Both the position numbers and the translations under genes were made by a program. A DNA stretch of 64,000 bases from Octopus sinensis (lineage: Eukaryota), in NCBI RefSeq assembly GCF_006345805.1, contig NC_042997.1:100874001-100938000 (forward strand), read 5' to 3'. Shown here piece by piece: positions 26,763-40,757 of this stretch. How positions within the stretch are numbered: position 1 is the first letter of the stretch; each line of letters opens with the position of its first letter. The notes under the pieces were generated by a model. The model was given only the letters and a program-made list of their open reading frames with translations. It searched no databases and had not been told where the DNA came from.

Positions 26763-28665
26763 AGATATTAAAATGTTTTTTTGGAAGATTGACAAATTTT
26801 TTAATATCTCAAATGTAGATTCATTAAGATTCTCCTAATTTATCAGCATAAGGAGTTGCATAAGTTTTCTTAATATTTCATCAGGATATATTTAGGAAAG
26901 TAAACTTCTACAAATAAAACAAAATGTGGTGTTATTGAAATATATAACCTTGTTACATCAGTATATTATCATAGTTTAATCTATTATATAATCTAGTCAC
27001 CAATAAGTCTCTTAACAAAAGACTTATGTAATAAAAAATTTGTGATTACAATGACACATTCATTTCTGAAAACTTCCATTGATAACTGCTGGGAAGCATT
27101 TCTTAAAATAATATACTGATTTTAATGTTTTCATCAATGAAACAAATGAATATGTTAGAAAGTACATTTTATAACAAAATCTCTGTTTCAAATTGTACAA
27201 AGGCAGCCACAAGTAAATATTGATAACTTGATTTTTTTATGCCCTTTTCGTCACTGTTTGTAATGAAATCCGCCCAATTATTTAGTGGAATACAATATGT
27301 CAGTTATTTTGGTGTAAAATTTGTGATTCTTCATGTGCTACATCAGAAAATAGAATAAAAGTCTTGTTTTTGTAGTGGCCTCAATTCAATCAGATCCTTT
27401 CATTTGCAAAAAACAAAAAAACAAAAGCTTCACTGGTTGTTTAAAAGATTACAACCTCCCCACCTTGGTGTGTTTCTATAAGCTATGTATGATCCTGCTT
27501 TCTTTATTTTACTGTGTGGGTGCCATGTAAAAAGTACTCAGTCCACTCTGCAGTTTGGTTGGTGTTGGGAAGGGCATCCAGCTGTTATAACCATGCCAAA
27601 ACAGACACAGAAGTATGGTGCAGTCTTCTGCCTGGCCAGCTCCTGTCAAACCATCCAATCCATGCCATCATGGAAGGAGGATGTTAAATGATGATGATGA
27701 TGATGATGATGATGATAAATCTAGCATGTTTCAAAAAGAGCCAACCTCTGAATCAGGGGAAATGTTGTTGCCTCTTGTTAAAAAAATGCTGTGATGCTAT
27801 ATGTTTCGAATTTCAAAGGAACACTTTCTAAAATAAATAAGGAAAAAAATTAATTCTTCAAGCATTTTAAAATATCCATATCCACTTTACAGAGTGTGTT
27901 AAAAAGGACCCAGCACATTTTGTAAAGTGTTGGACATTAGGAAGGGCATCCAACCATAAAAAAAAAAAAACATGCCGAAACAAACAATTGAGGTCTGGAC
28001 AGCTCTCCAGCTGGTAAGCTCCTGTCAAACCATCCAACCCATACCAGCATGGAAAATGGGCATTAAACAATGCTGCTGATGATGATTTACTGTAGAGGCA
28101 AAATAGTTGAGCAACAGTTGCTGAGGTTAATAAGTACACAATCTTTTGTCAACATTTCCTTCGATTATTTTGATATTCTTATCAAAGAAAGGTTGATCTT
28201 GCAGAGTTTGTCTGAAAAATACTGACTTCATAGGGACAATTAATGGTGTTGACACTTCATTATACCATTGGATATGAGTACTAGTAACCTGTTTCTTGGA
28301 TTAGTTGTGTACTTTATTAAATAGGTCATCCCTTCCTACTTTACAGGATTACATTAACAAAATTCCTATATTTGAGGTGTTGTAATTCAGTAGAAATATT
28401 GTTGTTGTTGCTGGGAAAACAATCTATGACAGAGATAATGCTTAGAATGTAACTCTGATTCAATGGGTCATTATATAAAAGTATGTAGTGTACGCTAACT
28501 GAAGTCAATAATCTTCATATAGTATGACAGTGTCAAATCACACATTTTAGTACTTTGTGATATCCTGTCTATTAATTTCAACGTTAGGGTATATACTTTT
28601 GTTTCATCCTGATTCATTGCATTAAGCCGCTGTCTGTCTCCCCAAACCCCCCTCTCTCTCTCTAC

Positions 28666-28725
<60 letters not shown>

Positions 28726-29473
28726 ACACACACATACACACTCATGTAGTAGCAATGCAAAGCAATGATGAGCAATAAGCAAACTTTAAATTCGTTCAAC
28801 TATGTTTGTGACATTATTTTAATTTCTAATGGCAATCTCACGGCAGTTTGCAAATGCATAAAAAATTCTCGCTTTTGATAAAGAGTGTAAAAACACTTTA
28901 TCTGCTTATTGCCAATCTCTTTGGGACTCCCCGAGGCATTTCTGGCTCTTTGGTCTTCATCAGTGGAAGATACCGAAGAGTGTTAAACCTGAGCTGATTA
29001 GAAAGTTGTAACTTTAAAATGGAATAGTCAGTACTAGTGGTTGACTTGCACTTGCAGGCTGCCCAGTCAGAACAAATATAGTAGTAGTAGTGTTAAGAAA
29101 TGATAAGAAAAAAACAAACTTTAGGTTAGTTGGAAAGTTTGTGTACAAATTTTAATTACTAAAGGCAGTTTTGTTGCAGTTTAACAAAGAGAAAAAATTC
29201 TCACTTATGGTAAAAGGTGTGAAAACACCTAATCTGCTCAGTGTCTATTGGACTCCTATTGAACTCTTGAGATGCTTTTTGGTCTCTTTAGTTTGCCTCA
29301 GTAAAATTTGTTCATATTTTAGGATTGCGGGTCTGGATTTGGCCTGGAATGTTTTTAATTTACACATGGAGTCGGCCTGATTCCAAAATGGTATCATATG
29401 TTGGGCTATGGCTTCTATGAGTAAAGTTGAAAAAGTGTGATACACTGACATTCATATTTATTATATCATATTA

Positions 29474-29690
29474 AGGCGGCGAGCTGGCAGATTTGTTAGC
29501 ATGCCAGGCGATATGCTTAGCAGTATTTCGTCTCTCCGTTAGGTTTTGAGTTCGAATTCCACTGAAGTCAACTTTGCCTTTCATCCTTTTGGGATCGATA
29601 AAATTAGTACCAGTTAAGTACTGGAGTCAATGTAATTGACTTAATCCCTTCCTCCAAAATTTGAGGCCTTGTGCTTCCAGTAGAAAGGAT
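29474..29690 (+). mobile_element. tRNA-derived SINE
   Basis: GGCGGCGAGCTGGCAG...GAGTTCGAATTCC...TTTGCCTTTCATCCTTT...AGTACCAG. Confidence 0.85.
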
Positions 29691-30379
29691 TTATTAAAGT
29701 TGAAAAAGTGCAACACACTGACATTCACATTTATTATTTTATATGTGTGTGTGTGTGTGTGTGCAAAAAATAAAACAAAATAATAGTGTTCAGTATGTTG
29801 GCGACAGGAATTTCTGTCAAAGAGACATGGTTAAATAAAGTTATACATCATCTCCCTCTTTCTCTCACATACCCACTCTTCCTCTCTCTTTTATCATTAC
29901 TCTCACTGTCACCATCAACATTACTATTTCTAATAAAACATGATCAACTCTCCCTAAATTTCTTTGTCTCTCTTTCTCTCTCTCTCTTTTTCTTTTTCTC
30001 TCTCTCTGTCTGTCTTCACCAACACCCTCAATGTCTCTATGCCTACAATTACTCTCACCCATCATGAGGAATAGTAGGAGTGTCATTGAATAGTGTGAGA
30101 GGGGGCCTAAGTGTGACACGCTGACACACAGGAATTAATTTTCGCATTTATATTAGATATGCAACAAAGATACACTTTTACACCACACCTATTTTGCAGC
30201 TACATTCTTACTCATCCCACAAAACAAACCTCAAATAATTACGAATAAGACTTGGAAAATTAAAATAATCCTTAGTCCTTTAGAGCTACATAGCCACAAC
30301 TTCAAAGTAACTGTCAACTCTTTCCTTATAGTACATATACATACACACACACACACACATATATATATACACACACATC

Positions 30380-30410
<31 letters not shown>

Positions 30411-30726
30411 ATGTATACACATATATACATATACACACACACATATTGTTCCAGAAGGAATAATACCAATGTTTTCTTTGAAACATATGTTGAAAGTATA
30501 AAGATTTGAATAACATCTGCGTTTAACCCCATTTATTTATGTAATATAAAAAAATTTCACCAAAACCTGGAGTTTCTACCTTTATAAGTAGGCCATTACA
30601 TCCTTGGTACTTATGTGAATTTTTGCTACCCTGGTAACTATTTATTTATTTTTTCCATGTTATTTGCAAACATTGAAAAAATACACATACATTTATTGAC
30701 TTAATCCCTTCCCTACATATATATAC

Positions 30727-30852
<126 letters not shown>

Positions 30853-31028
30853 ATATATATATATATATTTGGTGAAATAGAAAGATGAATAATCTTGTTG
30901 CAGATTAATCAAAAGTTTAACCGATACCTTGGTAGCAAAAATCACAGCAGAAGACAGCACAGTTGGAGGTACAACCATATGGTGTTGCAACCGTGCGTTG
31001 GTGCGGATAATTGAATTTTAATATTATT

Positions 31029-31297
31029 AGTGAATTGAAGAAATGGAGTTGAACGAAGATTGAACAGAAATCGTTTTATTGCATTCTACACGTGTTTCGA
31101 AAGCCACAATTTACCAAATTCCGATTGAATAAGGAGACCATATTGTGTCTTTCTCTTCAGGAAGAAATAGGAATTCCGTTGGCAAAAACAAAAACAGAAC
31201 ATCGGAATTTGGTAAATTGTGGCTTTCGAAACACGTGTAGAATGCAATAAAACGATTTCTGTTCAATCTTCGTTCAACTCCATTTCTTCAATTCACT
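31029..31297. repeat. Perfect 97-bp inverted repeat with 75-bp spacer
   Basis: 31029-31125 is the exact reverse complement of 31201-31297. Confidence 0.95.
31083..31164 (-). ncRNA. Hammerhead ribozyme motif with long stem II and 8-nt palindromic stem III
   Basis: UUC-CUGAAGA-GAAAGACACAAU...AUUGUGGCUUUC-GAAA-CACGUG-UA-GAA; stem II 11/12 bp; ACACGUGU palindrome; GUA cleavage triplet. Confidence 0.7.
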
Positions 31298-31331
<34 letters not shown>

Positions 31332-31375
31332 TATATATATATACACAGATACACACAAATATGAGTGCATATATT

Positions 31376-31412
<37 letters not shown>

Positions 31413-31470
31413 TAACAGAATGAGATAAAATTCCAAGGCAGTGAAAGATTTCAGAACATTTATAAGTATG

Positions 31471-31517
31471 GTTTACAGCTGTTTCTGGGATATTTTATGT
31501 ATCCCTTCATCGGAAAC
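31471..31517 (-). ncRNA. Degenerate hammerhead-like motif (core CCGAUGA, stem III ACAGCUGU)
   Basis: Stem II GGGAUA/UAUCCC; GAAA-CAGCUG-UA; weak stem I. Confidence 0.4.
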
Positions 31518-31648
31518 AGTGTGAGAAAATGGTTAAGCAATAGTTATTCTACATAAGATATGAAATAGAGAGTGAAGTGGAGGAATGAAAATAGACGTGA
31601 GATATGCAGGGATAGTGTATCTGCAGTTCCAGTATTTATTCTCACACT

Positions 31649-31696
31649 GTCTTCGATTAAGGGATATATAAAATATCCCAGAAACAGCTGCAAGAC
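31649..31696 (+). ncRNA. Degenerate hammerhead-like motif, inverted partner of 31471-31517
   Basis: GUCU-UCGAUUA-A-GGGAUA..UAUCCC-A-GAAA-CAGCUG-CA-AGAC; core and triplet mutated. Confidence 0.3.
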
Positions 31697-31996
31697 CTGT
31701 TTATAAATGTTCTGAAATCTTTCACAATCTCGGATTTTTATCGCATTCTGTTAATTTTTTTATATATACGCATGCTGATATTCGCATAACCACCGAACCT
31801 GGAGCTTAACTATAGTCTGTCCATAGCACTTACTCAGCATTACCTGACACCTTTGGGTTTTCTTGACACCATTACCTCTCATAACCTATATATATATATA
31901 TATATACACATAGGTGAGATTTATAGAAAAACAGAAGACAGGTGTATGAACAACAAGCAAGTGTATTAGTCTGATGCTCAGGAAAATGGAAAAGTT

Positions 31997-32030
31997 TTTT
32001 ACGTTCGAGCTTACGCTCTTCAACAGAAAG
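31997..32030 (-). ncRNA. Decayed hammerhead-like motif (core CUGUUGA, GAA missing one A)
   Basis: CUUU-CUGUUGA-A-GAGC(guaa)GCUC-GAA-C-GUA; same family as 22016-22053. Confidence 0.35.
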
Positions 32031-32136
32031 GAATAAGAGAAAATAAACAGGGAAAAAATGAAAACAACTTGTAGATTTCAGTGGTCCAGCATGGCAAATG
32101 ATTGGAAAAAAATATATGTATGGGTCTATCTATCTT

Positions 32137-32191
<55 letters not shown>

Positions 32192-32228
32192 GTCTATCTA
32201 TCTATCTATCTATCTATCTATCAATCTT

Positions 32229-33271
<1,043 letters not shown>

Positions 33272-33344
33272 ATCTATCTGTCTCTCTGTCTATCGATCTG
33301 TCTATCTATGTATGTTTCTGTCTATTTACGCCTGTCAATATATA

Positions 33345-33443
<99 letters not shown>

Positions 33444-33520
33444 GATATATATGTATATATAAATATTTGTATACGTATATGTATATATATACATATATAT
33501 GTATATGTATATATATATAC

Positions 33521-33551
<31 letters not shown>

Positions 33552-33590
33552 CATATATATATATGTATATATATGTATACACACACACAC

Positions 33591-33623
<33 letters not shown>

Positions 33624-33673
33624 TATCATGATATGGTTTACACCAGAACTTTTTATCTTTATATCTTTTTCAG

Positions 33674-33763
33674 GCTTTTCAAGGTGATGGTTCTGCAGTT
33701 AATAGGTTTGCTCTCCTTATTCTTATGCTTGCTGCATTTATATTTGTTGGTTATTCAGTTCAA
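33674..33763 (+). CDS. ABCB1: ABCB exon, ECL4/TM8 ([30 protein letters not shown])
   Basis: 90 nt, ttttcag|GCT ... CAA|gtaagt; phase 0/0; hydrophobic helix ending in Q like the human TM8 exon. Confidence 0.88.
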
Positions 33764-34390
33764 GTAAGTTATTGTATGATGTTTATTTAACTCAATTAAC
33801 TCTTACAATAATTTATAAGGATTAATAATTATCCTACACTTAGAATCTTTCTTTTTAATCTCTGTAATTACTCATAACACTCATTTTGAAGTAGGTGCCA
33901 GTCTGGCAGAGTGTACCTGTCTCTAGACTAAGCCTTCAAAAACAGGTTAAACCCAATGATATAAGCTATCAAGAAAGTCATCAATTTTACAATGAAAAAT
34001 TGCCCTTACTTTTATGGACTGGTCCTTTGAGAACAAAATGTTTCAACCAGGGTAATGTGACAATGCTGATGATAGACAGTCTGGGTCATCTTTGATATAT
34101 TTCATCATTAAGGCTTTACTAAACCAATTCGTTTCTGTACCCCTATGATGGCAGCTTATCAAGTAATGCTGATGATTTTAAACATTAGTTTGGAGTTGTT
34201 AGAAGGTCAGTCTTTGAAAATATTGCTACTGATTTCTTGGTTGATTGCAATCATGATGTCTTGGGCTCTGATATTTGAGCAACTGATGAATTTCTATTGC
34301 AATATATCTTCTGTTTAAAATAGTAAAATCTGTGATGTTATTCAATGCTAGTCTCACCGTGCTAGCATCTTATGAAAGTTATATCAAAAG

Positions 34391-34867
34391 TACCGTAAAT
34401 CCTCGAGTATAGTCTGCCCTTGAGTATAATATGCAGGGGATTTTTAGGGGACTCTACCTCTGTAAAACCTAAACCTTGTGTATAATACGCACTCCTTCTC
34501 TAACTTGAGTCAAGGAGGTCTATATAACGTCCTTGGTTTGTAAAAATGTATATGGTAACGTCCTTTATTATTATTGTATATTTTATATATATAGATATAA
34601 CATAATGCAAACATGTAGCTTTTTTGTGCATTTTCTTTACAGAAAATCTAGAAATAACAGTAATAACATTTCATAAATGTTGCTTACTGCAAGTTATGGA
34701 TGATTCTTTTATGACTTCATTGCTTTAAGGCTGAATAAACATTGCCGGACAGCAAATAGAGACTTGGACATTGCTTAGAAAATATCTTTCATTTTTAACC
34801 TCGCACTAGGGATTTTGACCTTTAAATTTTGTGGGGAAATGCAGATTATACTCGAGGATTTATGGTA
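34391..34867. mobile_element. Tc1/pogo-type MITE with 27-bp terminal inverted repeats
   Basis: TACCGTAAATCCTCGAGTATAGTCTGC at left; reverse complement with 2 mismatches at 34841-34867; TA ends. Confidence 0.8.
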
Positions 34868-35059
34868 ATGCAAGAATGGGTGAAACGTTTTTTTATTAAC
34901 AGACATTAAAGTTGCTTAAATTGCATATGTCGTTATAGTAACTTTCATCTCAACAAAGATACTACTCAATATAGTCTCTATCACAAGCAATGCATCCGCA
35001 CCATTGGTGAACACAATTCTTGTATACTTTTTGAAAAAAAAAATCAAGAGTGCCCTTCA

Positions 35060-35620
35060 TCACAACCATCTTTACCTCGTCTGTGTCCCTGAAAGCTATC
35101 TTTCATTGGACTGAACATCAGAAGTTGGAGGACACCAGATCCAGGTTATACAGTAAATAGGGAAATCACTGACCAGCTCATTTTGCTGATTACTTGATTT
35201 GTTACCAAGGTGTGTGTAGACGTGCACTGTCATAATGAATGTGAATAATTTTCAGACTCTTGTTTGGTCTCTTCCTCTTTATGAGTGTCTCAATGTACCA
35301 TTTGCTATTCATAGTACAGCCACATTCTAGAAAATCAAAGTGAACTATGCCCTTGTCATCCTCCATTTGCTAGCAATTCATGACAGCGGTCACAATTAAT
35401 GATCTTCCACTGCGTTTTGGTCATCAGTTCTGGTTTCCCTTTCTTTAAACCATTCATGCACATTGCTTTTGTCAGAGGGGTTATCTATGTAAACAACTTG
35501 TAACTTTCTGTGAATTTTGAACAACTGCACCCTTCATCGTCAAGAAGTCAATGACAACATGCTGCCTTTGCTCAGAACCTTTTATTTGCCTGAAAGAGAA
35601 CAGAAAGAATTACTATAGTG
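35060..35620 (-). mobile_element. Mariner transposase N-terminal remnant
   Basis: Minus-strand degenerate HTH region (QRQHVVIDFL..., VHEWFK), interrupted by stops. Confidence 0.55.
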
Positions 35621-36249
35621 GAAGAGTTACTCTATTAACATCAATTTGAATGAGCTGCCAGTTTATAAAAAGGATATGCCTACTTTTGCATTACTTTCAG
35701 CAAACTCTAGTATCAAGAGCTGAGATTCTATACCACTTTCAAATTTCCATTTTTCTCATTTCTTGACTAATATCAATTTAAAGTTTTTATGATTTATGCA
35801 ATTTAATTTGTAATGATTAATAGCTGTAACCCTATTTTTCCTATGGTCTAAAGATATCCACCTTTGTGAAAAATACTTATGTTTCTTTTTATTACAAATC
35901 TCTTACAGCTATTTCCTTGAAGAATATCAAAGAGTAAATAACATACTTAAATATAGAGTATATAAATTCAATCATTCTTTATTTATTGCCATCATGTTTA
36001 GCATATAGACAAAAATAATAGCAGGCAGGATGAAAAGAAATTAAAACGTATTTCTACTAATAATATCTTTATATTAAACAATTCTGTGTGACCTCTTTTA
36101 CAAATCCAAGGATCAATGCACATAAAATATTACATGAGCGCAATTTTAGCAATTAAACCATTGTGAATTATTATGAGTATACTCTATGAATCACTAATAC
36201 TGTGTTGAGTCAAAAGCTTTGCAATATTTTGGTAACTTATTTGCTTTAT

Positions 36250-36480
36250 TTGTCAAGCTACAACAAAAGCAGCCTAGCATTCAAAGTAGAGGCCATCATG
36301 TTGCACCATCTGAAGCCGCCTTTCTTCCAGTTCTTTGATCCCATGCTGATACCAGTTCTTGTCCTTTGAGGGAAAGAAATCCTTCGCTGAAGCTTCCACC
36401 TTCTCTTGGTTGATGAAGCACTGTGAGCACAGGAAGTAGCCATAGATCAAGACAAGCTTCAGCATTACAGAAAAATGCAA
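36250..36480 (-). mobile_element. Mariner transposase C-terminal remnant
   Basis: DFFPSKDKNWYQHGIKELEERRLQMVQHDGLYFE, a typical mariner C-terminus. Confidence 0.75.
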
Positions 36481-36700
36481 ATTTTATTTAATATGGTAGC
36501 TTCAGTGAATAAATAACGGCACAGTATATAGCTAGCAATGGCAACATTTTACACCCATAAATCATTATCAGTTCCATAGTATGTTTTAGTAATACTGTCA
36601 GCAAATATAACATTTTTATGGCTGTGTACCTACAAAGAGACATGTGACAGGTAAAGGTTCTCCTAAAAATGTAACTTGATAATTATTTTTGTTTTTTTAG

Positions 36701-36778
36701 TATTTGATGTTTGGAATAAGTGGTGAAAAGCTAACCTTGAAATTGCGAGCTGGATTGTTCAAGGCCATATTACGTCAG
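36701..36778 (+). CDS. ABCB1: ABCB exon, ICL3 (YLMFGISGEKLTLKLRAGLFKAILRQ)
   Basis: 78 nt, tttag|TAT ... CAG|gtgagc; FGxSGExLTxxLR...F.A.LRQ motif. Confidence 0.96.
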
Positions 36779-36931
36779 GTGAGCAAATTTAAGTAACTGG
36801 AAGAAGATATTTCCTTTGATGGAAATATTAAGCTTTCTGAAAACATTTTTCATATAATGAATGGAGATTATCTTAATTATGAAAGTTTATACTCTTGATC
36901 AAACATTTTTATGTGGGTTGCAATTTTAGAG

Positions 36932-37038
<107 letters not shown>

Positions 37039-37149
37039 TATATACATATATATGTATATAGACATATCTATATGTATGTATATATACATATCTATATGTA
37101 TGTATACATACATACATATATATACATATATATATATGTATATATACAT

Positions 37150-37180
<31 letters not shown>

Positions 37181-37413
37181 CACATATATACATCGATATA
37201 TATATGCGTATATATATACATATAGCTATATATACATATATATACATATACACCTATATATATATACACATACATTTAAATATATATATATATATATCTA
37301 TATACATACACACATACATCCATAAATATACTTCTATAAATATATATCTACATATGCATAAATATTCATACATATTTATGTACACACATATATATATACA
37401 TATATACATGCAT

Positions 37414-37454
<41 letters not shown>

Positions 37455-37552
37455 CATATATATATGTACACACACATGCACACACACACCACACACACAC
37501 ATATATATATATACACATACACACATATATACTTATATACATACACATGTAC

Positions 37553-37585
<33 letters not shown>

Positions 37586-37723
37586 CACACACACACATAT
37601 ATATACATACATACATATATATAAAGTTAATCCAAACAAGAAAGCACAAAAAAACACAACAACGCAAGGACGTGGAACAAATATAGTATTATTGGGCGCT
37701 CAGGAAAGAAGGAAAGAAGGGGA

Positions 37724-37758
37724 GTTTAACGTTTCGAGCGGAGCTCTTCGTCGGAAAC
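37724..37758 (-). ncRNA. Hammerhead-like motif with core CCGACGA
   Basis: GUUU-CCGACGA-A-GAGC(ucc)GCUC-GAAA-C-GUU-AAAC; same family as 1057-1091 with a perfect 4-bp stem I. Confidence 0.5.
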
Positions 37759-37852
37759 ATAGGAGAAGGAAAGATCCAGAGAAGGGAAGACAGAGGAAAA
37801 AAAAAATCGACAACGGTACACACGAGGTCACATTTATATATATTTATATATA

Positions 37853-38200
37853 GGACTCCAAATTTGCCATCAAGATGTAGGACAAGATACTGTGATAGCC
37901 TGGGCTTCAGAGGCCCACAGCTCTTCAATATCCTTCCGAAGAACCTGAGAGACTTGCATGGGGTGGATGCAGATGTCTTTAAAATAAAACTGGATCTCTT
38001 TCTGTCAGGTGTCCCAGATGAACCAACTTCACGACAGGAGGTGCAGATGAGGGCAGCTGCATCGAACTGTTTCATGCACCAAATGGCAATTGCTAAAAAG
38101 TATTCGTGAAGTAAAATCATGTAGCAACACCAAATGGCGGTGCCCCAGCATGGCCACAGCTCGTGAGCTGAAACTAGATAAAATAAATAAAAAATAAATA
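37853..38200 (+). mobile_element. CR1-group LINE, short 3' copy
   Basis: Nearly identical to 51255-51610 (RGPQLFNILPKNLR...LDLFL). Confidence 0.85.
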
Positions 38201-38482
38201 AATAAAATACACACACACACACACATATATATACATATATATATACACACATACACATATATAAATGTGTATACACACACTTTTACATACATATATATAC
38301 ACACAAAGATATATATAAATATATATATAGATATATATACTCACACATTTATACATATGCATACATACATATATATATGTATATATAACACATCCACACA
38401 CACACAAACATATGCAAAAATTTGCGTTATAGATATGGGATGATTAAAAACTAACTTGAATAACTCTGTATCTATGTTAAAG

Positions 38483-38566
38483 GAAATATCCTGGTTTGAT
38501 AAAGAAATCAACAATACTGGAGTTCTGTGTTCACGTTTAGCAGTTGATTCCGCTCGAGTGAAAGGG
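38483..38566 (+). CDS. ABCB1: ABCB exon, ICL3 (EISWFDKEINNTGVLCSRLAVDSARVKG)
   Basis: 84 nt, aaag|GAA ... GGG|gtaagt; WFD...NxTGxLxxRLAxD motif. Confidence 0.96.
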
Positions 38567-39589
38567 GTAAGTCATTTAAGCTTCTGATTTAGTAACCTTA
38601 TAAAATAGTTTAACATTAGGGAACTTCCTCAATATTTTAAAGTTTTAGTCAATTCATATCCTCCTCTTACTCTTCCTTCTCATCATCATCATTATCAATA
38701 TTTTCTTCTTAAGTTAAGTTAAGTGAAGGTGACAGGGTAATGAACATCAAGCTAGAGACATGGTTCGAATACTTGTAACAGAGTAGATCTGTGAAAGGCA
38801 CTTAAGGTGCTAGGCTATGGTGTTAAACAGGTCAGCAGATTAAGTGTGCCAGCCATGTATGCCACAGCAGAGTTTGAACTCTGAACACAGAGACAGAACA
38901 AAAAACTTCAAGGCGTTTCACCTGATGCTTTAAATGATTCCACTAGTTCACCACTCTAATACTTCATTCAGTGATCTTGAACAGATGAAAAGCAAAGATG
39001 ACGTTAGAGGGAATGGAACAAGTCAGGATAAATATTGTAAGACATAATCTCTTACCAGAGTTTTGAGAAGCATGAGTGATTGTAACATTAATATCTCCTT
39101 ATATTATATTCACAATTTATGGTATAAGTACTGAGACAATATTATACAATAGTCACAACGTTGAATAATTTTCATGATGGTATTAATGTTCTCAAAATAG
39201 CAGGAGTACAGTTCTATTGCAGAATACTGTGTTTTCTGCTTCATATTTCCTCTGACAGTGGATTAGGAAATATGACTAAGATTTGCTTTTATGAATCAAC
39301 TAGAACGACCTGTCATTTATTGATGTAAATTATATTTTAGATCCAATGAATCAGAGGATTGTGTAATGGATCATAGGATGTATGTAATTCATTGATTTTC
39401 TTTAAAGTATCAACTTTATAGGTAAAAATTGTTTCTTTGTGGAATTTCTGTTCCAACCATTACTAATTACACATCGTTAGATACTTGGTCATTGTACCTT
39501 TGTGCATGCTCACCAGCTGGTCTCTATCTGCACAAATTGACAATTTAAGATGAGGTTTGTTTAACCAAAAATGCCATAGTTTTAATTTG

Positions 39590-40510
39590 TCTAATAAGCT
39601 CTTGCTGGCAATAAAGGGCCTCTCTCTCAGAGTGAAAGACATTGTTTGATGCCTGTGTGCAAACAGCCATGCTGCATGGCAAGAAAACATGGGCTATGAC
39701 AGCCAAGGACATGCATAGGCTTGAAAGAAATGAAGCCAGTATGCTTTGCTGGATGTGCAATGTCAGTGTGCATATTGGACAGAGTGTAGGCATCTTGAGA
39801 GAAAAGTTAGGCATAAGAGGAATCAGATGTGGTGTGCAAGAGAGATGACTGTGCTGGTATGGTCATGTAATGTGTATGGACAAGGACAGCTGTATAAAGA
39901 AGTGCTGATCTCTAACTGTGTAGTGAGCCTGTGGTAGAGGTAGGCCCAGGAAGACATGGAACAAGGTGGTGAAGCATAATCTTTGAACTTTGAGCCTCAT
40001 AGAGGCAATGACTAATGGCTGAGACCTTTGGCAATGTGCTGTGCTTGAGAGGACCTCTCAAGCCAAGTGCACCTGTGCTGGTGGCACATAAAGAACATCT
40101 TTTGAATGTTGGGCCTCATGGAGGCAAAGAGGCTGAGTTCTTTTCGAGTGTTGGGCTTCATGAAGGCAATGACCAAGACCTTTAGCATTATGTTGTGCTT
40201 GAGAAGACCCATCAAGCTGAGCAAAATTGCAGTTGTGGCAGATACTGGTGTTGTAAATTGGCACCCGTGCCAGTGGCATGTAAACGCAGCCAGGTGTCAT
40301 GCATATGGCACATGTGCTGGTAGCACATAAAAGCACTCATTACACTCTTGGAATGGCTGGTGTTAGGAAGGGCATCAAGCCACAGAAAACCATGCTGAAT
40401 CAGACTGGAGTCTGGTGCAGCCTTCCAACGTGCCAACCCAGTCAAACCGTCCAACCCATGCCAGCATGGACAACAAACATTAAATAATGATGATGATGAT
40501 GATGATGATT
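39590..40510 (+). mobile_element. RTE-type LINE 3' end with tandemly reiterated terminus and (GAT)n tail
   Basis: FDACVQTAMLHG..TWAM...RLERNEASML.WMC...LREKLGIRGI; three partial repeats at 39980-40220. Confidence 0.85.
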
Positions 40511-40553
40511 ATCACTTAATAATTCCTTTTTCTATCTTATTTCTTTGAATCAG

Positions 40554-40757
40554 GCCACTGGAGTAAAAATAGGACTTTTCATACAGAGCCTTACAAACAT
40601 TGGATCTGGAATTGTGATTGCCTTTGTATATGGCTGGCAATTAGCACTTCTTATTATTGGTTTCTTACCCATTCTTGCTTTCTCAGCTGTACTTGAAACT
40701 AAATTGCTGACAAATACACTCAGTCAAGGCGCTTCTGCACTTGAGGAGGCAACTAAT
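40554..40757 (+). CDS. ABCB1: ABCB exon, TM9-TM10 (ATGVKIGLFIQSLTNIGSG...YGWQLALL...ALEEATN)
   Basis: 204 nt, atcag|GCC ... AAT|gtaagt; YGWQL motif. Confidence 0.97.

Larger units (their letters stand above)
31409..31758. repeat. Imperfect ~120-bp inverted repeat
   Basis: About 31409-31528 versus 31639-31758, roughly 85% identical by eye. Confidence 0.85.
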
